IMG/VR virus record: IMGVR_UViG_3300045971_000344
Span: 124,001-188,000 of that record
Length of the DNA stretch: 64,000 nt
Reading direction: 5' to 3' (one strand)
Part shown: positions 14,237-22,004 of the stretch, piece after piece
Position numbering within the stretch: the first letter of the stretch is position 1
Layout of the letters: the number at the start of each line of letters is the position of its first letter
Notes under the pieces: generated by a model
Seen by the model: only the letters and a program-made list of their open reading frames with translations
Database searches by the model: none
What the model was told of the DNA's origin: nothing
Translations under genes and position numbers: made by a program

Positions 14237-16656
14237 AGTAATCCCTTAGATTTAAGGAGCGCCAGTACCTCATTTGGACCAATGACTTTTACGCCCAATG
14301 ACTGAGCCTTTACCATTTTAGATGAGCCACTTCCAGGGTCTTTTGCTACCAAATAGGTCAGACCTGCCTTTACTGCTGACCAGACTTGACCACCGTTTGC
14401 CTCAATGACTGCCTCTGCATCATGCTGGCGAACACCCGTCCAGACAAAAGACACTCCGTCTAACTTAGAGCTCTTTCGTTCTTTCTTTTGGACGGCTTTT
14501 ATGTGGACCCTTCCGGCGTTGCGCTTCAAGAAGGCTTTGAAGGGCTTTATACCTTGTGCAAACTGTTTACCTGTATCAAGAGAGAACCCAGAGATCTGAG
14601 AAATTTGTTGCGCGACCTCACCTACAGTGAAACCCGCCCAATCAAACATTTCTTCTCCACGTACTTCATAAATCTTTCTCAAGCGGGTACCCGCAATTAT
14701 CTCTCCAAAGAAAGGCGTGGCTGAAGCCAGCGTAGGTAACTCAATACCATTCAAGGCCGTTATTATTCCGTTATAAATTTTCTCTGCATTACGCTTCTGG
14801 ATTCCATCAATAGACATCAACTCTGGAATTGAGGTATTAATCAGCTTATCAATAGTGTCAATACCTGCATGATAGAATCGCTCAATTAAGCCCCTACCTA
14901 AGTAATCTACCCCAATTTTAGAAAAGAAGCTTGCCATTTGCTTGATCTTTACGGTTTCGTCTTCACTTGCATTGACCAATACCAAATCAACTTCGGTTTC
15001 ATTCCATGCGTATTCTCCAAATACTTTCTTATCAGGCATCTGGGCCTTATTGGCCTTCACTAAGGTCTTCAAGATGTGAGGAATTACATCACCGCTCCTT
15101 GTAAGTAAAACTTTCGCGCCTGGTCCAAGCTTGTTGTCGTAAACAAATGCCGCGTTAAAGGCAGTGGCGAACGTTACGGTTACACCACTTAACTTTACTG
15201 GACTGATCTTTATTCGAGGTTTTAACTTACCATGCTTAGATACTGCCCAGACAACCTCTTGGACATGTGCTTCAACAGCTTCGGTTTCACCGGTCTTAAA
15301 GGCCTTGGCGTAATCGGGTTTAATCGTATTACTAGCGTTACCCATTGCAACTCTGATCTTACAGCTATTTGCTTCGATTACCGCTCCATCTAGTTCAAAA
15401 CCCCCAACCTTCTTTCTTTCGTTTATATAAGAAGTAAGATGATCTTCATTCACCTCAGTGGATTTTAAAACAGAATAGTGAACAACGTGGAGTCCACTTT
15501 CTTTTATAAGTTCAAGTTGCTCTTTCTTATCCAAACGGTCCTCATGACTCATTATGGAATAGGCTATTACATTTATCTTACTCAAGACCTTTACGTTGGG
15601 CTCATTACGGTTTATCATTCCCGCCAAAAGGTTTCTACCGTTTGCGTATTCTTTATCCCCGTAGGCCTTAACGGACTCAAAGTCAGCCTGGGACAGAATT
15701 CCTTCGGCCCTAAAGGTATATTCACCCTTGAACTTCGCACCTATCTTCTTTGGAACTGTAGGAACGTTCTTTATGTGTCTCGTAACGTCTTGACCAATTG
15801 ATCCGTCACCCCTTGTGGTCGCCCTAACAAAGGTCCCGTCTACATACTTAAGGGACAGGCTTAATCCATCTAATTTATCGGACAGTACGTAGAACTTATC
15901 TTTTGTTTCCTTAACAAACTTTGCGGTTGCTACTCCATCGGGCTTTATCTTATTTAACGACCCCATGTCATAATCTAGCTGTACTTTTGACCTTATGTTT
16001 TTTGCAACGGGCGCACCAACCGCGTCAAGAATTGCCGCTCGTTTAGAGTCCAGGGTCTTCAAAAATTCTACAAGGTCATCATATTGGTTATCTGTTATCT
16101 CACTTTCTTTAGAACCAGTATGGTACGCATCTTTAGATGCAAGAGCTAACCCGAATAACCAGGCTACTATATCTTCTTTACCCGCGGTAGCATAGTGTGC
16201 AAAGTCATGGATAAGTTTAGGTGTAGTTAGAACCAGTGCATTTGGTTGCGCCTTTACATCTGCGGACTGGAGTCTAGGTAAATTCCAAAGGAGTGTTCTA
16301 ACCTCAGACATATTTAGAGATTTAGCTGTAAATGTTCTAAAATTTTGAGGGTGTAAATTAGCTGACTTCATTGTACGTTTATCAATGTCGCGCTTAACCA
16401 AAAGCTTTTCAAAGTCAACAGGCGCCAAATATATAGCATACTCGTCTTGAATCCAATATGCGATGATCTGAGGATTCAGGCTAAGAACTACCAGGTAAAA
16501 CTTTTTGACCTTGCCATTAGTCGTAACTACTCCTCGAAGCCTACTTCCTATTTTAAGTTCAAAGCCTGCTACCCTGATATAGTCTTTTTGGTGTTCCTTC
16601 CAGTATTTATCAGCATTTAGGAACAAATCTTTTTTATAATGCTTAAGTAACTGCAT
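14233..16656 (-). CDS. ligA: NAD+-dependent DNA ligase with N-terminal extension and C-terminal BRCT
   Basis: Domain Ia YH...ITDNQYD, MGSLNK, adenylation motif SDKLDGLS, TRGDG..GQDVT, LDGAVI, AFK, OB fold RSGDVIPHI, HhH repeats, BRCT (FVWTG...GG...YLVA...SSKMVKA..LGVKVI). Confidence 0.95.
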   Translation of the reverse strand: MQLLKHYKKDLFLNADKYWKEHQKDYIRVAGFELKIGSRLRGVVTTNGKVKKFYLVVLSLNPQIIAYWIQDEYAIYLAPVDFEKLLVKRDIDKRTMKSANLHPQNFRTFTAKSLNMSEVRTLLWNLPRLQSADVKAQPNALVLTTPKLIHDFAHYATAGKEDIVAWLFGLALASKDAYHTGSKESEITDNQYDDLVEFLKTLDSKRAAILDAVGAPVAKNIRSKVQLDYDMGSLNKIKPDGVATAKFVKETKDKFYVLSDKLDGLSLSLKYVDGTFVRATTRGDGSIGQDVTRHIKNVPTVPKKIGAKFKGEYTFRAEGILSQADFESVKAYGDKEYANGRNLLAGMINRNEPNVKVLSKINVIAYSIMSHEDRLDKKEQLELIKESGLHVVHYSVLKSTEVNEDHLTSYINERKKVGGFELDGAVIEANSCKIRVAMGNASNTIKPDYAKAFKTGETEAVEAHVQEVVWAVSKHGKLKPRIKISPVKLSGVTVTFATAFNAAFVYDNKLGPGAKVLLTRSGDVIPHILKTLVKANKAQMPDKKVFGEYAWNETEVDLVLVNASEDETVKIKQMASFFSKIGVDYLGRGLIERFYHAGIDTIDKLINTSIPELMSIDGIQKRNAEKIYNGIITALNGIELPTLASATPFFGEIIAGTRLRKIYEVRGEEMFDWAGFTVGEVAQQISQISGFSLDTGKQFAQGIKPFKAFLKRNAGRVHIKAVQKKERKSSKLDGVSFVWTGVRQHDAEAVIEANGGQVWSAVKAGLTYLVAKDPGSGSSKMVKAQSLGVKVIGPNEVLALLKSKGLL

Positions 16657-16676
16657 AAGTTGGGTCTCCGTTCTAG

Positions 16677-17342
16677 TTAAAACCAGGATGATGCTACGTC
16701 TTTATATCCTACCTTATATTTTTTAAAAAGCTTGTTCAGACATTCTGTTTGTTTTGGACTAAATCTAGTATTAGGATTAGCCTTTAACTTTATACCTATG
16801 TCTAGAACGAATTTACGCTCCCACTCATTGAATTTTTGATGATTATTTTTCCATAGATAACGACAACGTCCATAAAAGGTAGACTCATCCGAGTTATCAG
16901 AAGTAGGTTTATCATCTCTTTGTTGAGTAACAGCTTCTCTCTTAGGTTGGTCTTTAACCAAAACTGATTTACCACAATACTCTGCGGCAAACAACTCTTG
17001 GACTATACTAGGATTTAACTTAAGTTCTTTTATATGAAACCGCTTAGTTATTGCTTCTTCAAGTTGGTTTTTACTATGGTAGCTACTAGGTGCAAACATA
17101 AACATTTGGTTATAATGGAGCTGGAATTGTTTTAATCTCTCTGGTCTCCAGTCATAACCAGTTCCTTCTATAGAAGACAAGTGAGACCTGGCGTTACTAT
17201 CTTTTGGGTTAGGTACAAAAACAAAGTTAATAAATTCAGATCCGGCTAACCCTCTTATCTTAGGTTTATCCCCTAGATTTAGAATCGTAATTGTACCCAC
17301 AGGTGGAATAACCAATTCTAATATCTGTTCTACGTCTATCAT
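16677..17342 (-). CDS. Hypothetical protein
   Basis: 221-aa ORF with C-terminal helical motif FNEWERKFV...SPKQ..CL. Confidence 0.65.
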   Translation of the reverse strand: MIDVEQILELVIPPVGTITILNLGDKPKIRGLAGSEFINFVFVPNPKDSNARSHLSSIEGTGYDWRPERLKQFQLHYNQMFMFAPSSYHSKNQLEEAITKRFHIKELKLNPSIVQELFAAEYCGKSVLVKDQPKREAVTQQRDDKPTSDNSDESTFYGRCRYLWKNNHQKFNEWERKFVLDIGIKLKANPNTRFSPKQTECLNKLFKKYKVGYKDVASSWF

Positions 17343-17343
17343 A

Positions 17344-17649
17344 TCAAGACCTTTCTTGGGTAGTTATAAAGTATTGCGCTCCAAAGATTAACCAGTATAA
17401 ATCGAAGGAGTTGTATAGACCACAAACCATAACAGTTATCCAAATAGATGTACAGAAACGACATTCTAATAAGTGCAAAAGATTTGGAGGATACGAGTAT
17501 TCTTTAAATAAAAATGAAAGAGGGCTATACAAACTTGGAGTGACCCGTATTATTCTCTGCCTAAGTGGGTCCAGTATAGAGGACACGCAGATAATAAGGG
17601 TAAGTCCATAAACCATAAGTATTTGATTAAATAACTTTAGTGTTTCCAC
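17344..17649 (-). CDS. DUF1360-like membrane protein with CxxC
   Basis: TM helix, ILDPLR...LLECRFCTSIW, second TM helix. Confidence 0.55.
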   Translation of the reverse strand: METLKLFNQILMVYGLTLIICVSSILDPLRQRIIRVTPSLYSPLSFLFKEYSYPPNLLHLLECRFCTSIWITVMVCGLYNSFDLYWLIFGAQYFITTQERS

Positions 17650-17860
17650 AGCAAGACCTCTTTACGGATATAGGAGTAGTATTGAAAGAAGGTGTTCTAC
17701 TATTAGTGGATAGCAAAGAATTAACGGATTCTTTATAGTCAATTAATGCCATCGCCATTACGTTCTTTGCTCTACATTCCTCTATGAACTTACTATAATC
17801 ATAAGGATTTCTCATTGATCTAATAATAGCTATTTGGTCAGAGTCTAAAGTCTGTAGCAT
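17627..17860 (-). CDS. Small protein with C-terminal CCG motif
   Basis: Likely start MLQTLD at 17860, which avoids overlap with the upstream gene; ends KRSCCGNTKVI. Confidence 0.5.
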   Translation of the reverse strand: MLQTLDSDQIAIIRSMRNPYDYSKFIEECRAKNVMAMALIDYKESVNSLLSTNSRTPSFNTTPISVKRSCCGNTKVI

Positions 17861-17864
17861 ACTA

Positions 17865-18299
17865 TTAGGCCAGAACTTCATAAGAAAGTTCGAAATAAAT
17901 ATCATTGGTAGGAATAATCCCGTTAGCATCTATTTGGACATAAAGATTTTTATCAATATCAGGAAGGTGAGTTGCTTGTTGAGTTTCATATCTAGAGTAT
18001 TTACTCCACAATAAGAATAAACCTCTGTCAATCAAAACCTTATTTATATTCAACTTTTGGTATGTAACCATTATACTATTTATGTCAACCACAGGCGTAG
18101 GATAGATATGAAGATTGAAGTTCTCACAATCACACTGAATCTTTACTTCGGCCAGAGCTCCCTTAGTTGATTCAACTGGAATCCCAAAAATTTCAGATGA
18201 CCCGTTAGGAACAGGATCGAACTTAAAACGATTAACGATATAAAAAACATTCATTGCGCCCATAAGGCTCGAATGAAATATTGAAGTTGGGGTTTTCAT
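17865..18299 (-). CDS. Hypothetical beta-rich protein
   Basis: 144-aa ORF with SD AAGGAG. Confidence 0.6.
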   Translation of the reverse strand: MKTPTSIFHSSLMGAMNVFYIVNRFKFDPVPNGSSEIFGIPVESTKGALAEVKIQCDCENFNLHIYPTPVVDINSIMVTYQKLNINKVLIDRGLFLLWSKYSRYETQQATHLPDIDKNLYVQIDANGIIPTNDIYFELSYEVLA

Positions 18300-18317
18300 G
18301 TGATTCTCCTTTTAGTA

Positions 18318-18626
18318 TTAAAGGCTACCGTCTACTAGACGGTCCCTAAGTTGTCTTTTCTTTTCCATTTTTATCTGAACTGATATGGGTAACTCATGGT
18401 ATGCAATTAGTCCTTTATCTAAAAGGAGCTGAATAATATCTTCTATCCAACGAGATGAATTTAAGTCTTCTGAATTAAGCTCATCTATTACTTCTGATCT
18501 AGTTAACTTTGCCACATTTTTCTTTGTTGGTACTTCATTCTTTTTGAAAGAAAAGAACTTTATTGAAAGATAAACTATAAAGGCCATAAGTATTAAAATC
18601 GCTATTAGTATAATAGTAAGAATCAT
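18318..18626 (-). CDS. N-terminally membrane-anchored protein
   Basis: MILTIILIAILILMAFIVYLSI hydrophobic helix; SD GAGG. Confidence 0.65.
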   Translation of the reverse strand: MILTIILIAILILMAFIVYLSIKFFSFKKNEVPTKKNVAKLTRSEVIDELNSEDLNSSRWIEDIIQLLLDKGLIAYHELPISVQIKMEKKRQLRDRLVDGSL

Positions 18627-18638
18627 ATATACTACCTC

Positions 18639-19133
18639 TTAATCTACATCAGAGTGGTCTTCATCAAGAGCTGAAAATTCTTCATCTTTTAGAATAATCT
18701 TTTTACCAATTAATGCTTTCTTTAAGGCAACTAAAAGGTCCTTAGAGACCTTTAGATCATACCCAATAGTAATATGCGGAATATATTCCGCGTAATCCCA
18801 CTGAAGATCATGGGCTTCCATTAGGAGCCTATGTCTCTTTTCCAGGGCAGGACTTTTAAGTATAAGGACATGACAGTCATCATGGGTAGTCCAATGCTCT
18901 ATATCTTTTATCTGGGCAATGTAGTCAGTATTTTCTTCCTTTATGCGGTCCACGTTACCTACTCGACTATAAAGAAGAGTACTATGATATTTATTGGGAT
19001 CAATTATTTTCTTAGTACCAGAACCATCTAAGTACGCACAGATAATATTTGAAATTATCTGTGCGTCTCTTTTAGATGGAGTAACCATTGCGTACACGCC
19101 TTGCGGTTTTTGGTCTTTCATAGTATAACTCAC
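18639..19133 (-). CDS. acb1: 2H phosphoesterase, T4 gp57B/Acb1-like anti-CBASS nuclease
   Basis: GVYA..., YHSTLLYSR and YIPHITIGY (two HxT motifs), LILKSP.L..RH, and an acidic C-terminal lid, all resembling T4 57B. Confidence 0.8.
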   Translation of the reverse strand: MSYTMKDQKPQGVYAMVTPSKRDAQIISNIICAYLDGSGTKKIIDPNKYHSTLLYSRVGNVDRIKEENTDYIAQIKDIEHWTTHDDCHVLILKSPALEKRHRLLMEAHDLQWDYAEYIPHITIGYDLKVSKDLLVALKKALIGKKIILKDEEFSALDEDHSDVD

Positions 19134-19139
19134 CTAAAT

Positions 19140-19796
19140 TTAATTTACTTCAATAAAGGCTTCTGTTCTAAATGAAGCCAAGGAACTTACTGTTCTGTTC
19201 TTTGCCCAGACACCACCAACAGGTCCACCTTTCTTTATTCCACCTGTTTGTTCACGTTGCTGAGAAACGTCATCTACGCCTGTAGTGTTTGCACCAACAG
19301 TATTAAACTTTACATTAGAAGTCTGGACAGACATCAATTCAGCATGACCATCCCAATCATACTTGTCATTACCTGCTCGGTCTAACTTTTTCTTATGTGA
19401 CCATATTGCTAACATAGCAGGTTTTAACTTAATTATTCCATACTCTACTTTTTTTGCATCATGAACGGTAAAAGTATATTTGTCCTTCTTTGCTGTCTTT
19501 AGAAAAGTGGAGCATTTACCAATCTTTGGTACAGGACAGCGTTTACCATTTGCCTCGTAAGTTTTCCCTATTATAAATATACAAAATGAAAGGCAGTATG
19601 AAAGTCCAACAGGAAGTCCCAAGTAAGCTAGGTACCCATCAATTTCAGGACTCTTATTTCCATTTAGCGGATGAAGTTCTCTTACGTATAACTGTGATTC
19701 TGCTCTCTTCATAATCTCAGCGGGATACTGGATAGCTAAAGAATAACTTGTATTAACCAATAGAGATAAAATAACAAGCGTACAAATAAATTTCAT
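19140..19796 (-). CDS. CHAP-family endolysin with N-terminal signal peptide
   Basis: Hydrophobic leader, then AESQLYVRE...NKSPEIDGYL...SYCLSFC...GHAELM...TVGANT (catalytic Cys/His, G.NT). Confidence 0.7.
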   Translation of the reverse strand: MKFICTLVILSLLVNTSYSLAIQYPAEIMKRAESQLYVRELHPLNGNKSPEIDGYLAYLGLPVGLSYCLSFCIFIIGKTYEANGKRCPVPKIGKCSTFLKTAKKDKYTFTVHDAKKVEYGIIKLKPAMLAIWSHKKKLDRAGNDKYDWDGHAELMSVQTSNVKFNTVGANTTGVDDVSQQREQTGGIKKGGPVGGVWAKNRTVSSLASFRTEAFIEVN

Positions 19797-20917
19797 ATAT
19801 CCTCCAAGAATTTCTTTCTCCTTATAGTTTCGGCTCTTTTTAAAGCGGTAGCCTTATTTTGTTCAGGAGTTCTTTTACTCCATGATTCAGAGTGTTTCTG
19901 TTTTCTTTCTTTCTCTTTTTTCTTTGACCTTTTGCTATGAGAAAGAGACATTTTTATACTAGTATGTTCTTTTTCTTCAAGGGTTCTTTTTGAGTGTGCC
20001 TCGGATATTTTCTTTCCAAAAGCTTTTAAGTCTTTACCGTATCTTTCTTCTAATGTTTTTGCTCTTTTACTGTATATCTTCTCTTTTTCTTCTTTTGATA
20101 AATTTTTTCTTACTTTAGATTTATTCTTAAACTGTTTTTTCTTCTCTTTCTCAGATTGATTATTTCTAGTATCTCGTTTTTTCTGTGCAATAGCTTCTTT
20201 TTCTTCTTTTGTTTTATTTTTCCAAGTTTCAGATTGTCTATTTCTAATATCTAAATCAGTCTCTTCCGAAAGATTCTTTCTGGTTTCTTTTTGTTTTTTA
20301 ATTCTTTTATTCTTAACACGTTTAGGAGTATTCTTTAATGTTTCTTTGTGTTTTTTATTAATTGTTTCTTTCTTTTTAGCTGGTCTAATTAAGTGAACCA
20401 GTTTTGTGGACTCTGACTTTTTCTTTTTAGTTTTTTCTTTTTCTTCTTTTGTTTTATTTTCACGAGAGTCTAACATCTTTTTAGAAATTTTAGCTTTTTC
20501 TTTTTTAGTTTTACAATTCCAAGTATTTAATATTTTCTTTCGTACTGATTTACTAGGATTTAATACTCCGTCACCACCATCTGTCAAGTTAGTAAGAGGA
20601 CCTAATTTAAGATCTCTTCTACCTAGTTTAGCTATTAAGACTTTCTCTAATTCCTTTATTTCCTTTACCGAATTCTTTTTACTTTTTACTACCCGTATAC
20701 AATCTTCATAACCTTCCTTTTTTATCTTTGCAATTACATTTGCTTTAAATGGATTAAACTTACAGGTTTCATCATGACCATTCATTCTACCATATTTCTT
20801 TTTAGTATCTGTTCCTATTCCAACATAAAAAGGTTCATGACTAAATTTCCAATGACCATAATAAAATGGTCCTGGCTTACGTGGATCAAGTAAAGCATAA
20901 GCATAATACTTTTTCAT
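19793..20917 (-). mobile_element. Free-standing GIY-YIG family homing endonuclease with long Lys-rich repetitive DNA-binding tail
   Basis: YYAYALLDPR...PFYVGIG...R..GH...ELEKVLI..LGRRDL..GPLTNLTDGGDG, followed by repeated [ST]xEEK helices. Confidence 0.8.
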
Positions 20918-20928
20918 AAATTTACACT

Positions 20929-21013
20929 CCCTCAGAGTTATGCTTTTATTATATCAATAGTGCTATAATGCTGAGGGCATTAAGGGCTGGCCGGCCTTTT
21001 CGCACTATTGATA
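20929..21013 (-). promoter_or_regulatory. Structured RNA leader of the endonuclease gene, with alternative pairing to its SD
   Basis: Perfect 12-bp inverted repeat 20952-20963/21002-21013 encloses two small hairpins. 20971-20977 is complementary to 20929-20935, which overlaps the SD GAGGGAG. Confidence 0.55.
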
Positions 21014-21020
21014 CTTCCTA

Positions 21021-21113
21021 CTAGTATTGGATTGGATACGACTTAGCAGAAGCTACTAAAATAGTTGCAAACATAAAAAAGGTTATTAGAATAACTTTCT
21101 CATAATTTGACAT
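21021..21113 (-). pseudogene. Orphan signal-peptide ORF, probable remnant of the original endolysin 5' end
   Basis: MSNYEKVILITFFMFATILVASAKSYPIQY* compared with the lysin start MKFICTLVILSLLVNTSYSLAIQYP. Confidence 0.45.
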
Positions 21114-21117
21114 GGGT

Positions 21118-21495
21118 CTATCCGTGGATAATCAAGGCCAAACTAAGCCAAGCAAAACCCAGTAATACAGCAATTGCCATGTTATGCTGATCAACTATTT
21201 CTTCATAAAGATTACACTTTAGTCCATTTAAGGCCGCGGCAAATCCAAGAGCAGTTACTAACCACAATGCTACTCCCTGCATAGAAGAGGCTACAATACG
21301 AATTACTGCACCGTAATCCGGACCAGTATCTGCGTTAAAATACCGGAATGCAATTACAATTATCCCAATGGTTGCAATCAAATAAACCCAAGCAAAGTGC
21401 CTCTGGTCAATACCTTTCTTTTCTTCTTCTACTGGTGGGATAACAAAGTTCTCTGTTTCACTACTAAAACCTTTATCCTGATTCTCTTCTGACAT
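21118..21495 (-). CDS. Three-TM membrane protein, DUF350-like, candidate holin
   Basis: Three hydrophobic helices; EEIVDQHNMAIAVLLG; sits upstream of the lysin. Confidence 0.55.
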   Translation of the reverse strand: MSEENQDKGFSSETENFVIPPVEEEKKGIDQRHFAWVYLIATIGIIVIAFRYFNADTGPDYGAVIRIVASSMQGVALWLVTALGFAAALNGLKCNLYEEIVDQHNMAIAVLLGFAWLSLALIIHG

Positions 21496-21553
21496 TGTAC
21501 TGTCCCTCCCTAATTTAGTATATATGCAAGGTTACACCTTACACAATATTAAA

Positions 21554-21985
21554 TTACAAAATATCTAAAGAGGGCCAAATAACTTCACCAACCTTAGTAT
21601 ATTTTTTAGGAAGATCTCTAAGGGACTGGATGTAGCTCAATAACTGCTGATACTGGACACTACTTAAAGTAGTAAGGGCCTCCATATCATGTTCACACCT
21701 ATGCCTTGAAACTAGCCATTCTACATCTTTGATCTTCAAGTCCCGTTCTGATCTAAGTGAGTGCATAAAAGACTCGTACTCACGGATCTCATTTTTATCT
21801 ATGTCTACTAGGGTTCCGTTAGATACGCGTTTTGTGCTCACGACCTTTATTAGTTGGAGATGTTGTTCATCGGTTATTTCAATACTAGGGCTTGGGATAA
21901 CGCTGTGCAGACTCGGGCAGTAAAACCCTCGAATGTTTGAGACAGAATTATCTAGGTTAGACGGGTCATAAACGACATACTTCAT
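21554..21985 (-). CDS. Tail fibre assembly chaperone
   Basis: LRSERDLKI..VEWLVSRH..E...QLLSYIQSLRDLP...V.WP; directly downstream of a fibre gene. Confidence 0.8.
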   Translation of the reverse strand: MKYVVYDPSNLDNSVSNIRGFYCPSLHSVIPSPSIEITDEQHLQLIKVVSTKRVSNGTLVDIDKNEIREYESFMHSLRSERDLKIKDVEWLVSRHRCEHDMEALTTLSSVQYQQLLSYIQSLRDLPKKYTKVGEVIWPSLDIL

Positions 21986-22004
21986 AGTTTCTCCTTTTTA
22001 ATTA

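Noticed and set aside
20952-21013. tRNA or rho-independent terminator
   Set aside because: No cloverleaf, T-loop or CCA, and no U-tract after the stem on the coding strand.
19793-21020. Group I intron around the GIY-YIG endonuclease
   Set aside because: Only about 100 nt of non-coding sequence upstream and none downstream (ATGA overlap with the lysin); no room for a ribozyme core.
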